Virus record (IMG/VR): IMGVR_UViG_2816332320_000003
Span: 32,001-96,000 of that record
DNA length: 64,000 bases
Strand: one strand, 5' to 3'
From: a virus
Taxonomy: Duplodnaviria > Caudoviricetes
Shown: positions 41,137 to 52,048 of the stretch, piece by piece
How the letters are laid out: every line of letters begins with the position of its first letter
Position numbering within the stretch: position 1 is the first letter of the stretch
Position numbers and translations under genes: made by a program
Notes under the pieces: model-generated
Told to the model about the DNA's origin: nothing
What the model saw: only the letters and a program-made list of their open reading frames with translations
Database searches by the model: none

Positions 41137-41502
41137 TCACTTCATGTCCTTTTTGAAACTCTCATCAAAATACCATTCAACGTCCCATGCTGCCATACTT
41201 GTTCTCAATTCTCTGTTGCATGAAATGCAGGGTCTTGTAAATTCATCTCTACTTGGACTGATTCCATTTTTCTCAATTACTTTTCTAAGTTTCTCAGATG
41301 GCTCCTGAGTAACTATCATTTCAAATGAATGAGGGTATGACTCACCCTTAAAATCAGAGCTAATAGTTACTAATGCTTCTTCTATCTCTGATTCGTATAG
41401 TGACTGAAACAGTGATCGTTGTTGCTGTACTATCTCTACAGACTCGCCATCCTGCAACAAATCATTCCAGATAATATGAAGGTACATTAAATCTCTCCTC
41501 AT
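41137..41502 (-). CDS. Hypothetical protein
   Basis: 121 aa. Confidence 0.6.
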   Translation of the reverse strand: MRRDLMYLHIIWNDLLQDGESVEIVQQQRSLFQSLYESEIEEALVTISSDFKGESYPHSFEMIVTQEPSEKLRKVIEKNGISPSRDEFTRPCISCNRELRTSMAAWDVEWYFDESFKKDMK

Positions 41503-41520
41503 TTTCTTTCAGATACTTGC

Positions 41521-42768
41521 TCATTTATAATGTCCACCGATCTTGGCTGCGCGATCTCTTGTTTGCCCAGCAGACGTAAATGAACTTGCCCTCACAATAG
41601 CTGCTTCTCCAAATCTATCTCTAACTAAGTCCATTACTTGATCAATTTTACGCTTTTTCTCCTGATCTTCAAACAAGGTGAGTTGATACACTTCGTCACT
41701 TTCTAATCCAGCAATTGAAACACCAATTCTTCGGATCGGCAACCCATCCCAGTGCTGATGAAATAGCTTTTTAGAATGAGAATATACATCTTCCGTAATA
41801 TTGGTTGAACTCGACAATTTCATTTGTCGGTTAAAGCCTGTCGGACGATCCCAATCAGCTCCCATGCAACTTACATTGAGGACTGAACCTCTAACCTTTT
41901 TCTGCCTAAGTCGTCTACAAACTTGACTGACCATATCCAATAGCACAACATCAATTTCCCAAGCTGTGCAATAGTCTCTAGGTAAAGTCATCCCATTACC
42001 AATTACTTTCTGATTATCATGGGTACTAATTGTTACTGGAGAGCTATCTATGCCATTTGCACATTGCCATAGGACTTGACCATTGACACCCCATTTTTTG
42101 GTAAGGAGTGTTAAGGGTGTTTTAGCCAATTGTCCAATCGTTAAAATGCCCATAAGATTTAAGTGCCTTCTCATTTTGCTACCTACACCCCATAGGTCTT
42201 CCACTGGCTTGTGCCAAATATGCTTCTCAAGCTCATCTTTGCGCAAAGTAAAAATCCCTGATTTGTTCTTTTTGGCAATTATGTCACAACAGACTTTTGC
42301 AAGGATCTTGTTTTCACCAATACCAGCCCTTGACCAAACGCCTGTTTGTATCAGGATATTCTGTTGTATGGCAAGTGCCAATTCTTCAGGAGTGGTATTA
42401 AAAAGGTGTATAGAGTTAGTCACGTCAATGAACAGTTCATCAATGCTGTACGGCTCGACCAGATCTGTATATGATTCAAGAATCCTCGTAATCTGCATTG
42501 ATACGTCTATATACAATTGCATGCGTGGTTGAACTACAATGATATCGATGCATTTCCTTTGTGCTTCCCCTAGCCTATCCGCAGTTGAGATACCGAATGA
42601 CTTTGCTATTGGACAGGCAGCAAGGACAATGCCTGATCTACGTGCAGGATCTCCTGCTACGACAAGCGGCTTATCTTTGTATTTAGGATTCGTTGCTTTC
42701 TCCACAGAGGCATAGAAGCTCTGCATGTCAAAAAGCATAATGATGCGTTCTTTCTTCTTCACAATCAT
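41521..42768 (-). CDS. uvrX: Y-family translesion DNA polymerase (UvrX/YqjW/UmuC-like)
   Basis: DMQSFYASVE, YSIDELF, LAKVCCD and WGVG motifs; C-terminal GGHYK. Confidence 0.92.
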   Translation of the reverse strand: MIVKKKERIIMLFDMQSFYASVEKATNPKYKDKPLVVAGDPARRSGIVLAACPIAKSFGISTADRLGEAQRKCIDIIVVQPRMQLYIDVSMQITRILESYTDLVEPYSIDELFIDVTNSIHLFNTTPEELALAIQQNILIQTGVWSRAGIGENKILAKVCCDIIAKKNKSGIFTLRKDELEKHIWHKPVEDLWGVGSKMRRHLNLMGILTIGQLAKTPLTLLTKKWGVNGQVLWQCANGIDSSPVTISTHDNQKVIGNGMTLPRDYCTAWEIDVVLLDMVSQVCRRLRQKKVRGSVLNVSCMGADWDRPTGFNRQMKLSSSTNITEDVYSHSKKLFHQHWDGLPIRRIGVSIAGLESDEVYQLTLFEDQEKKRKIDQVMDLVRDRFGEAAIVRASSFTSAGQTRDRAAKIGGHYK

Positions 42769-42782
42769 ATCACCCCAAATAA

Positions 42783-42823
42783 GAACATTCGTTTGTGTTT
42801 ATTATACACACAAACATACGTTC
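42783..42823. promoter_or_regulatory. Two LexA (SOS) boxes upstream of the Y-family polymerase
   Basis: GAAC-ATTC-GTTT at 42783 and AAAC-ATAC-GTTC at 42812. Confidence 0.75.
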
Positions 42824-43119
42824 TTGATACGGTGATTTCTAGAGTGCTGATACTTATCTTGTCTATATTCTGTTAAAAGCCTTTTCTCATTTAGTCACAT
42901 ACTCGATTATTTCACTAGGTTCAATAAATAATTGCTCGTTTTCACATTCCACAACGTATTGAATTCTTTTCAGATGGCGATGAAATTCTGGTTTTAATAT
43001 TCGTATCACTGTTCCTGTTTTGACTTCTACCATACCAGTTTGTCGAAATCTTATTCTTTGCCCTTCTTTTGGTCTAAGTGCCAAAAGAACACCCACTCTC
43101 AATAAATCTCACATTTTAT

Positions 43120-43563
43120 CTAGATAGCAAATTCGTAACTACTCCCACCAACTTCAATAAAATTATCAACATGAGGATTGAATAAGTCTTCTTCAGGATC
43201 GTAAACGAGAACTTTCCAATGCTCATCGTCAACTTTATGCTTACTAAATAAGAAAAAGTGAGAATGATGTTGGATAGATGAAGCCTCAAGGTTTCGAAAG
43301 GTATCTGAAGGATTTTTTGATAAATTCAAGTTATCATTCATGGCACTACAAAACATATGCGTTGTACTCCAGAATGCCTCTCCAACTGGAAAGCATTGTG
43401 GTAGATTGCTACTAATTACTGTATACTGGACAATTCCACCACGATCAATCTTTAGTAAAATTTCACCCTTTGTTTTAAAAGGGTTCTTGTTCAATTTAAC
43501 TCCACTGACTTTCATCCCTAGCATGTTTGGATCTGGTACTGACAATTTGTACTTTGGCATCAT
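43120..43563 (-). CDS. Hypothetical protein
   Basis: 147 aa with RBS. Confidence 0.65.
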   Translation of the reverse strand: MMPKYKLSVPDPNMLGMKVSGVKLNKNPFKTKGEILLKIDRGGIVQYTVISSNLPQCFPVGEAFWSTTHMFCSAMNDNLNLSKNPSDTFRNLEASSIQHHSHFFLFSKHKVDDEHWKVLVYDPEEDLFNPHVDNFIEVGGSSYEFAI

Positions 43564-44390
43564 TATACTCCTTAAAATTCCTCATCTTCACCGTATATGC
43601 TTTCATTCCCCTTGCGATAAGAGCCTTGCTCTAAAAATTCAATGAATTCTTCTGGCTGATTCTCCGTATCACAACTGTCTAAATAGAAATCAATAACTGA
43701 ATCATTATTGACTTTGTTCTTGATGAACCATTCTCTAATTAACCGATCTGTTTCATTTGCAATCCGATTCGCTTTTGCATTTCTTACAATAGCATCTTTA
43801 ATGTACTTAGGAACTTTCATTCTTTGCAACTCTCTTTCTACCAATTAATAAGCTTTTTACATTGGATCAAATTTATTTCTAATATCAAAGCACTTGCATG
43901 ATGCCCCCTTCAAGATACCTCCGTATCTCAAACTGGTCTTTGGTGTCAATCACTGAAATCGCCTTTTGAATTAGCAAATCTATTTCATTTACGCTTAAGA
44001 CGATTTCCTTGGTTTTACCTCTAGCCTTCATACAGATCACCAACTTTCATTAAAACCCTCATTTGATTAGGTTTCTACACTGTATTTCTTTACCCAAGTT
44101 TCGTACAGCAGCTCTCGTTTCTCTGCCTGCTCGAACTTCTTGGATAGTTCATACCAATCTAACTCTCGATGATCTTTTTGTGATGGTATGTTTCTTCTTC
44201 CTAAATCCAATATATCACCAACCATCTTGACATTTCCCTGTTCCATGTAGTTATGCAAAAGATCATTGGTTGGGTATTCATGTTTAACCTCTTGAATAAA
44301 AGCTGCTTCTAGCATAAAACCACTCCCTTTTTCCAGTCAAATTAACATTTCATTCTATATTTATTACACATCCCATTGTTTGCTGAATAG

Positions 44391-44744
44391 TTATTGTGAT
44401 AAGTCAACTTCTTGCCATTTAGCCCAATAATCCCAGTCAAAACCTTCTTCTCTTGGTGTTCTCAATTCTGTTCGGTCAAGATCAATTGCTGCAATAACCT
44501 TTTTAATCACTTCGTAATCCTCGAAGCCATCGCTGCTTTTTGCAATCTCCACATAACTTTTATTAGCAACAACACTATCGGTCATCATGCTATCCTTCCA
44601 ATTTTCATACACTTTTTCAGCCTCTTCTGGTGACTCAAATTCATTTGAGCAATCCATGTTTGTATGAACTCGATAAGTATCCAATTTTTTGCTCCCTTCT
44701 TTCTTTTTTGATAATGAATTAAACATCTTCACGTATGCTCTCAA
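44391..44744 (-). CDS. Hypothetical protein (WDYWAKW C-terminus)
   Basis: Acidic ORF; the true start is probably downstream of the ORF-track start. Confidence 0.6.
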   Translation of the reverse strand: MRAYVKMFNSLSKKKEGSKKLDTYRVHTNMDCSNEFESPEEAEKVYENWKDSMMTDSVVANKSYVEIAKSSDGFEDYEVIKKVIAAIDLDRTELRTPREEGFDWDYWAKWQEVDLSQ

Positions 44745-45212
44745 CAGCAGTAATGTTTATTATATTTTCCACATCTCTGTCAGATTCAATAGCTTCCTGA
44801 ATAGCTTCAGCTTTACTTGATTTTCTATAGAAAGCACTTCGCGATAATCCATTTTTGTATACAATAACGATACTATAATTTTTCATGGAATCACTCCGTT
44901 TGACCTTAGAATTCATGAACATAGTGATTAGTATTGACATTTTAAGCATCCTTATCAACCTTTTCTAATCAAATCCCCATTTTATTCCTTTTAGTTATAA
45001 CTCTCGCACAACTCATCTTCTTCAACAGCCCTATTATGAATTACACACACCAAAACTTGTTCTCCATGTTTATCGTCACCACTCATAGAATTACTGCATC
45101 CAAAGCAGTCTAAAAATCGATGACTTTGAATTCTTTCTGTAGCTGTTTAACAATTTTATCTTTGCTCAATTTTATCTAACACCTTTGACAGTCCTTTAAA
45201 ATGCCAATTTGA

Positions 45213-45431
45213 TTATGATTTACAGAAACACCATCCACATCTACAGATAAAAGCGCCACAATCTGAGCACATTTTATATTCAGTAACTAAACTTTTTATC
45301 AGTGGCTCTTTACATGATTGGCAGCGTTCTTCATTGCAAATTTTATTCCAAGAGCGAGATATATTATGACACTCAAGACATTCACTTACTCCTTCTCTAT
45401 TAATGGCTTTTCCGCAATGACATCTTCGCAC
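45213..45431 (-). CDS. Small Cys-rich Zn-ribbon protein
   Basis: Multiple CxxC motifs; between repeats 45196 and 45447. Confidence 0.6.
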   Translation of the reverse strand: MRRCHCGKAINREGVSECLECHNISRSWNKICNEERCQSCKEPLIKSLVTEYKMCSDCGAFICRCGWCFCKS

Positions 45432-45460
45432 AGTCCATGCCTCCTAATGAAAACGATATT

Positions 45461-45886
45461 TTATTCAGGCAAATCTTTTTGATAACTATCCAATATAAGC
45501 TGGTTGAAGATTTTAAACTTATGAGATAAATGCTTTGGGATTATTTGTTCAGCTTTCCTCATTCCTCTTATTTCTAATTGTAAATACTCCTCTTTGCTAC
45601 TACATCTAAATCCTTCAGGGTTCTCTTCATGGTCGTAATAATGACCTATCTCATGAACCAGTCCTAACAGTATAAAGGTCGAAAGATCAAAATCATAGAA
45701 TCCATATTTCTTTCCTTTTTTATACACTTCTTCTATCCTGCTGCAATCATAAACAATACTATTCATATTAGGATCAAACAACATTGAATAATGCTCATCT
45801 AATTCCTCTTCAATCAAGTCGCAGAAAAATTGATGTTTTTCCTTTAGCGTCTCATATTGTTTCATAATCAGTTCTTTAGTATCCAA
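45461..45886 (-). CDS. HExxH zinc metallopeptidase-like protein
   Basis: LVHEIGHYYDH...E. Confidence 0.6.
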   Translation of the reverse strand: MDTKELIMKQYETLKEKHQFFCDLIEEELDEHYSMLFDPNMNSIVYDCSRIEEVYKKGKKYGFYDFDLSTFILLGLVHEIGHYYDHEENPEGFRCSSKEEYLQLEIRGMRKAEQIIPKHLSHKFKIFNQLILDSYQKDLPE

Positions 45887-45954
45887 ATCAACACTTCCTT
45901 CTTTTTTGAAAAAAGGTTATGCTTTCTTTCTTAATCAAATCGCTGTTTTTTCAC

Positions 45955-46167
45955 TTAATCTTCCCAAACACTATCCATCAACTTTTTGATTTCAGCGCTT
46001 CTCGATTCTGTTCCATCTACGTCCTTTGTCCAAGTCCCATCAATTAGTTCAACTGCGTCTCCAGCAATTACACCATCTGCAACTTTGCCTTTCTCCACAT
46101 CTTGTGTTTCTCCATTAATCTCAATTACTACGTAATCACCTTCAAATCGATCAACAATCCCTTTCAT
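45955..46167 (-). CDS. DUF3006 protein
   Basis: GIVDRFEGDYVVIE motif; the usual partner of ComEC-like MBL hydrolases. Confidence 0.8.
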   Translation of the reverse strand: MKGIVDRFEGDYVVIEINGETQDVEKGKVADGVIAGDAVELIDGTWTKDVDGTESRSAEIKKLMDSVWED

Positions 46168-46180
46168 GTAAAGCCCTCCT

Positions 46181-47386
46181 TTACTTCTCACATGCCACTC
46201 CATCGTTATCTCTGTCTAAACCGCTACGGTAGCCGGGATCTCCTTTGTGCAACGGTGCAGCTCCTGCTGCCTTAGCTTCCGCACAATTCTTATAGTAAAC
46301 AGAGTCAACTTGTTCAGGACTGACTACACTTGGTGTTGTCTCTGTTAGCTTACTAGTATCACTGCTCTTCTTAGTTTCAACTGGCTTCCAGTCATTAGCC
46401 GAAACACTGATATCAGTTCCATTAGATGTGAAGACAATATTCCCTTGTTCGTCATTTCGATATATCTTAATCCCTTTTTCTGATAGTCGATTTAACACTA
46501 TATCTGTTGGATGACCATACTTGTTCCCTTTTCCACTTTGAATCACAGCATATGATGGAATCACTTTATCTAGGAATTCTTGACTGGTCGATGTCTTAGA
46601 GCCATGGTGACCAACAAGGAGTACATCCGATTTTAAACTTACCTGAGACTTTAATAAATCAGCTTCACTTTCTCCTTCAGCATCACCCATGAACAAAAAT
46701 GAAGTGTTACCGTATGTAAGATGAATGACAGCACTCATTTCATTTGCGTCCTGATATGCACCAATAGGAGCTATCATCTCAACTGATGCATTTGGTTCCC
46801 ATTCTAATTTCAAACCTGCTTTAGCAGTGGATACTTTCAATCCTTTCTTAGCAATCTCAGTCAGCACACTCTCAAATGTCTTTGTATTTGATTGGACTTT
46901 AGGCATATAAATTTTGCCAATATCAAAGTTTCGAATAACTGAATCTAGACCACCAGCATGATCTGCATCAGGGTGTGTTCCAATGAGTATGTCAACCTTT
47001 TTGACGTTTTCTTTCTTAAGATAGTCCGTAACTACTTGTTCTTTGTCATTATTACCTGCATCAATAAGGATTGTTTTACCTGTTGGGCTAATGATTAGCT
47101 GTGAGCCACCTTGACCAACATCAATGTAGTGTACTGTCAGTTTTCCATTTACTGTTGGTACTGTTGTAACTGTTGAATTGTTTGACTGTACTTGGTTGAG
47201 TTTCTGATCAGGTGACCTTGTATTTGTGGGAGTCGAATCTGTGGTGTTTGAGGTAGTAGTTTCTACGTTTGATGTGCTTGCCGCTGGAGCAACTTCATTA
47301 GAAGTATTGCTATTTGCACATCCAGTGATTATGAGCACACATAATAGTACTGGTAAGAATAACCTATTTATTTTAGTGGAAAACAT
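46181..47386 (-). CDS. ComEC/Rec2-like metallo-beta-lactamase-fold nuclease lipoprotein with Excalibur domain
   Basis: Lipobox ITG-C; DVGQG, THPDADHAGG, GHHGS and YGHP motifs; C-terminal YKNC...LDRDNDGVACE. Confidence 0.88.
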   Translation of the reverse strand: MFSTKINRLFLPVLLCVLIITGCANSNTSNEVAPAASTSNVETTTSNTTDSTPTNTRSPDQKLNQVQSNNSTVTTVPTVNGKLTVHYIDVGQGGSQLIISPTGKTILIDAGNNDKEQVVTDYLKKENVKKVDILIGTHPDADHAGGLDSVIRNFDIGKIYMPKVQSNTKTFESVLTEIAKKGLKVSTAKAGLKLEWEPNASVEMIAPIGAYQDANEMSAVIHLTYGNTSFLFMGDAEGESEADLLKSQVSLKSDVLLVGHHGSKTSTSQEFLDKVIPSYAVIQSGKGNKYGHPTDIVLNRLSEKGIKIYRNDEQGNIVFTSNGTDISVSANDWKPVETKKSSDTSKLTETTPSVVSPEQVDSVYYKNCAEAKAAGAAPLHKGDPGYRSGLDRDNDGVACEK

Positions 47387-47460
47387 AAATCCTCCAAGTA
47401 AGAGATTTAGCAACTATGAATTGGAAATGAGATTGTTTGCGTTTTGATTACACGTTAACT

Positions 47461-47919
47461 CTAGAACTCAATACCCTTACTTTTCATTTCGAGCAATACC
47501 CATTCTGTCGTTCGTCTATCGAGACATAAATCAATATTTTCGAACTTCTCGCAAATTATGGCTAATTCATCAGGAGTTTGTGGATTAAAGTTGTCAGTCT
47601 CGTAATCAAAGTTGTTATGATAAACAGTGAATTGATCAAGTCGAACTAAAATACGAAGAGTGTCTCTGACAAATCCCTTAACGAGCGTAACTTTATCTAG
47701 AATTTCAGGAGTATCACGAATAGTTTTTAATAGAGAAGATACAGCAGGATCAACAATTTCTATTCCTACTGGTATTATCTCTTCAAATTGCGGGAAATCT
47801 CTTGCTAGGTCGTCAAACGAATACAAATACTCATTTATACTGTTCGCAATAACACTATTATCATCAGTTATTAACATTGCGTTGTTTGATTCTGAACATT
47901 TTATTGTTTCATTTCTCAT
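47461..47919 (-). CDS. Hypothetical protein
   Basis: 152 aa with RBS. Confidence 0.7.
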   Translation of the reverse strand: MRNETIKCSESNNAMLITDDNSVIANSINEYLYSFDDLARDFPQFEEIIPVGIEIVDPAVSSLLKTIRDTPEILDKVTLVKGFVRDTLRILVRLDQFTVYHNNFDYETDNFNPQTPDELAIICEKFENIDLCLDRRTTEWVLLEMKSKGIEF

Positions 47920-48072
47920 TGTTAATACCTCTCCTTCATTTTCAAATTACCTTCTTATTGCAATAACCATCTCTCAAACCCTTTATTTGTTATCCAACGA
48001 AGCATTGCTCTTCCGTTGAATGACAAATACATTCCTCCATTCATATTCTTATCAAATCTTGTTTTCATTTGA

Positions 48073-48441
48073 TTACATTCCAAACATGTTTTTTATCCCT
48101 TCAACCAACAAATCTTTCGCAACATCAAAAGGTAAGGAAGAAATATCAAACCCTTTGGATTCTATGCTTTCTTTTACATTCTTCACTACTTGTTCATTAC
48201 GAGTAGCATCGAGAAAGTCATGACCTTTCCATGTTAATCGGTCAATATGGTAATACGTTTCATTATCACTCGAAAAGGAACGTCCTTTTAAATAGCCAGC
48301 CTCAACTAGCAACGCAACATGGTATTGAATGGCATCATACATATACTTTGTTGTGCCTACAACAATTTCTTCTTCTAGTGGCTCTTCATTAACTTCAACA
48401 CGTCTTAAAATTTCAACTACCAATTCAAAACTTCTTTTCAT
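48073..48441 (-). CDS. DUF2513 protein
   Basis: MKR.FEL...IL, YHVALL.EAG and LTWKGHDFLD motifs. Confidence 0.85.
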   Translation of the reverse strand: MKRSFELVVEILRRVEVNEEPLEEEIVVGTTKYMYDAIQYHVALLVEAGYLKGRSFSSDNETYYHIDRLTWKGHDFLDATRNEQVVKNVKESIESKGFDISSLPFDVAKDLLVEGIKNMFGM

Positions 48442-48665
48442 TACCTCACCTTCCCGTTCAAATCACCTTTTATTTGGTATCGCCAACATTTGTTACGCTC
48501 AACCCTATAACACCTTTGTCATTTAAGTTCTTAAGTACATTCTGAACTACGATTCCCTCCTCTCGTGTATAAGTTTCTACTCTTGCTCCATTTATATACA
48601 GAATGCACTTGTCTTTCTCAATTTTCAGTGAAACCAAAGTATACATCTCCTTTTAGTTACGTTAT

Positions 48666-48965
48666 TTATTGTTCAATAAATACTACTTCTGCCCCAAGCA
48701 AGTCCATATCACTTACAAATTTAGCAACAAACAATGGATTTCTTGATAGTCTAGAATGGTTTAATGTAATAATCTTTTTAAATCCTCCAAGCTTAACTCT
48801 TGAAATTAGTAAATCAAGTTGAGGTTTATTTGGTGACAAGCCCGATACCCCAAAGTCTTGAAAAAGTACTAGACTAGCACTTCCAACCTCTTTCATGCAA
48901 CTCTCAATTTGTTGATGCGCTGCCTCAGTGTCATGTGTTGCAGTTCGTACATAGATTGCTACCAT
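48666..48965 (-). CDS. Stand-alone serine-recombinase N-terminal domain
   Basis: AIYVRTAT, DFGVSG, PQL..L and SRLSRN; 99 aa with no DNA-binding domain. Confidence 0.7.
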   Translation of the reverse strand: MVAIYVRTATHDTEAAHQQIESCMKEVGSASLVLFQDFGVSGLSPNKPQLDLLISRVKLGGFKKIITLNHSRLSRNPLFVAKFVSDMDLLGAEVVFIEQ

Positions 48966-49248
48966 TTATCTTCATCCTTTCAAATCTTCATTTCATTCAA
49001 AGTTTTCATTGTAAAAACGTATTAACTTCTCCATTCCCTCCTTCGTTAACGTAAACGAATATTGTTGCTCTTGTCCTTTGTTCTGATAGTGAAAGCTTAT
49101 GGTGTTTTGAGCAACTACGGAATCTACATGAATAACAGCGTCAACCGTTGTGTCCGAATCAAATACATCGTGTTCATGATGATTTAACCTTAATATCAAA
49201 TCAGCCATTTGTCTGTCCCCTTTCAAATGAAAACCATCTTTTATTCCA

Positions 49249-49605
49249 TTATGTAAATAAATTCTTTGCTCCCGTGATTAACAGGTCTTTTATTACGGCA
49301 ATCGGTAGGTTATACAATTCAACACCTTGTTTTTTGGCAATTTCCTTGGCTTTTTCAACCACTGTTTCATTTCTAGCAGCATCTAAGAAATCATACCCTG
49401 CCCAAGACATTTCCGAAATCCAGTATTCCAATGGATTGTAAGTGGCTTTCGCTTTTAAAAAACCAGCATCCTTTAAAAGCCCCACATGATACTGAACAAC
49501 TTCAAAATCGTAACCCTCTAATTCAATAACAATATTGTTTGTAGCTGTTTTTTCTTGCTCTACTCTTTTCAGAATTTCTATGATTAGTTCCATATCTCTT
49601 TTCAT
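49249..49605 (-). CDS. DUF2513 protein (second copy)
   Basis: MKRDMEL...IL, YHVGLL.DAG and MSWAGYDFLD motifs. Confidence 0.85.
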   Translation of the reverse strand: MKRDMELIIEILKRVEQEKTATNNIVIELEGYDFEVVQYHVGLLKDAGFLKAKATYNPLEYWISEMSWAGYDFLDAARNETVVEKAKEIAKKQGVELYNLPIAVIKDLLITGAKNLFT

Positions 49606-49640
49606 AAAAACTGCATCCCTTTCCGAATCAAAATCTTCTT

Positions 49641-50174
49641 TTATCGAACTGTTATTTCATATGTACCTGTCCACTGCCCCTTGGTATAAGTACCATTCAT
49701 AAACAGTGGCATTTTGAATGGTACTTTATCTCCATCATTAGCTCGAACATACTGTGAACCTGTCCCAGCAACTTCTCCATTCGTGTTGTAAAGAACTACA
49801 TCAATGGTAGTTCCCATAATGCCAGCCTTAGTAATTTCTGCTGTGCCTGTTATCTTTGAGCCTATACCATCAATTTGTATATTAACGTTGCTAAAATTCG
49901 CACTAACTGGAGTAGCTGCTACCTGCTGATAATACTGTTGCTGCTGAAGGGTTTGCTGGGCAAGAACCGCCTGAAGTTCAGCATCTTGTTTTTGAGATTG
50001 TTCCATACTGATCCAGCCAAAGTTAGAATCAAATCGCTCTGTTTCATTTGTGAAGAGATTGGTTCTGTATGTGTGGTTCCCAATCTTCTCTTGTTTCCAT
50101 TGATTCATCCAAGCATAAGTGCCAATTCCTAATAATAAGACACTCGAAATCACCACGAGACTAATCTTCTTCAT
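49641..50174 (-). CDS. Membrane-anchored or secreted protein with a C-terminal beta (FxLYD-like) domain
   Basis: N-terminal TM segment, Gln-rich linker, VLYNTNGEV. Confidence 0.6.
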   Translation of the reverse strand: MKKISLVVISSVLLLGIGTYAWMNQWKQEKIGNHTYRTNLFTNETERFDSNFGWISMEQSQKQDAELQAVLAQQTLQQQQYYQQVAATPVSANFSNVNIQIDGIGSKITGTAEITKAGIMGTTIDVVLYNTNGEVAGTGSQYVRANDGDKVPFKMPLFMNGTYTKGQWTGTYEITVR

Positions 50175-50185
50175 ATAGCCCCCTT

Positions 50186-50806
50186 TTAATCACAAGGTAG
50201 ATTAGGATTAATCCATTTAATCTTGGCATAATGTCCAAACTCTTCAATTTCGAATCCATGCTTCTTATAGAAGTGAACAAGTCTATCTCCGTGATCATTC
50301 AAATCCTCTGGAGTCAAGTCACCTGTAATCTGTTTTTTGTTTTGCTGAATCGCATTAGCCTTCAACTGTTGCACTAAGAGTGAACCATAACCTTTACTTG
50401 CATCCTTATTACGAACTTTGATATCTAGAATGAAAAGTGCCCCGTCTTGACGCTCTAATGCGGCGATACTTACATGATTGTAGGAATTATCTGAGCTGAT
50501 AATTGTCGCCACTATGTAAAATGGGTCATATTCATAACCGTATAAGATAATAAATTCCTTGTCTTTGTTAATAAGTGTATTGTAGATGATTGACTCTTTC
50601 TCAATGACGTGCTTTTCAATCAGATGTGCCTTAAGATCATCGCATGAAAGCTTTTGAACATGACTCCAGTCAACAACTTCACGAACCATAAATGGAGGAA
50701 TAAAGTCATTATTAGTGTCATCATCTACTTCTTCAAATCCAATATCCTTTAACGCCTCAAACAAATCAATCCCTCCAATCATTAACTCTTTAGGCACACT
50801 AGACAC
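50186..50806 (-). CDS. GNAT acetyltransferase
   Basis: KGYGSLL and FYKKHGF motifs. Confidence 0.8.
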   Translation of the reverse strand: MSSVPKELMIGGIDLFEALKDIGFEEVDDDTNNDFIPPFMVREVVDWSHVQKLSCDDLKAHLIEKHVIEKESIIYNTLINKDKEFIILYGYEYDPFYIVATIISSDNSYNHVSIAALERQDGALFILDIKVRNKDASKGYGSLLVQQLKANAIQQNKKQITGDLTPEDLNDHGDRLVHFYKKHGFEIEEFGHYAKIKWINPNLPCD

Positions 50807-51323
50807 TCCTTTTATGCAAGTTCAGTTTTCATTTTCTCAATCTTATTTTCTATACTTTGTAGAGCCTGATTGCGCCCTTCGATTACTCCCTGTTCTAATC
50901 CCTCACCATAAGCTCTATGTAGATCCATAAAAATTGAATTACGTAAGCCAACATCTGACATGTCTAAGCCCTTCTCTTCAAGTCTAGCTATTAATGTACG
51001 TGCAATCTCATTTGCTGCATTCATTTAATGAAATTCTCCTTTTATTCTTTGTTCTAATAATCAACTGCCGAATTTTAAACTAAATTCCATTGACATCTTT
51101 TTTAAAAACTTCTTCCTATCTTCTGTTTCATCTGCAAATGGAAAAATTAAAATACATTCCTCTTGCTTTGTCTTTATTTCAACTCCATACTCTTGCATGA
51201 AACACGCTTCAAGCTCCACTCTTTTGTGGTGACAAGAGAAGTGAGTTGGCTTATGCTGACAGTTAAAATCTCTACATGAAAAAATCAAGTTCTTGTCACC
51301 ACATTCCCGATAAAGTATTGATT

Positions 51324-51866
51324 TTAACTAAAATGTCTTCTGAAATTGGGATAAAACGTTTCCCCAAAAGCTATAGCATCTTCTCGGTTTTCACGAGGAT
51401 CATTAAGCCATGGCTTAATCAAATTAAATAATTCATATTCAGTGGGCATCCATTGTGAATACACTATATTTAGTTGACCATTTCTTTTCAGTGAAAGAAG
51501 ATGGCTTTTAACATTTGAAATTTCCCTAACATCAACTATGTCAACTCTACTAACAGCGACTTGTTCTTCCGACCATGATGTACTTTGGGAGAACAGTGCA
51601 TTATCTACTTTATACACATATCCTTCTGACTGACGATATCTCCAATTAAAAGCACCAGTGACCTTTTCTGATATAGTAAATACACCGAATTTATCCCTAC
51701 CCATATCAAAGATATGACCTCTTCCACTACGATGAGCAAAAGTAGCAGCTACTATTGGATCATGAGTTGCGTATACATATTGACTACCAGTTTGAGGTTC
51801 AAGATATGGTAAATTCTTAAAGGGTGATGCGTGATAAAGAAATTGACTCAACCTATTCCTCTCCAT
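51324..51866 (-). CDS. ADP-ribosyltransferase-fold (Arr-like) protein
   Basis: LYHAS, VYAT, GYVYKV and a late E resemble H-Y-E ART motifs. Confidence 0.5.
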   Translation of the reverse strand: MERNRLSQFLYHASPFKNLPYLEPQTGSQYVYATHDPIVAATFAHRSGRGHIFDMGRDKFGVFTISEKVTGAFNWRYRQSEGYVYKVDNALFSQSTSWSEEQVAVSRVDIVDVREISNVKSHLLSLKRNGQLNIVYSQWMPTEYELFNLIKPWLNDPRENREDAIAFGETFYPNFRRHFS

Positions 51867-52048
51867 TCCCGATCAAATTAGACTTTAATCCAATTCCTCA
51901 ATATCTCCTTCGAGATATTCTTCATTAAAAGCCTCACCACAATTTAAGCATTTCCATTTACTGAGTCCTTCTTCGATCAACGATTCTTTTCCACATGCTG
52001 GGCATTCTCTGTCTCCCATATTTACTATCCTTTCTTATAAGAGCATTT

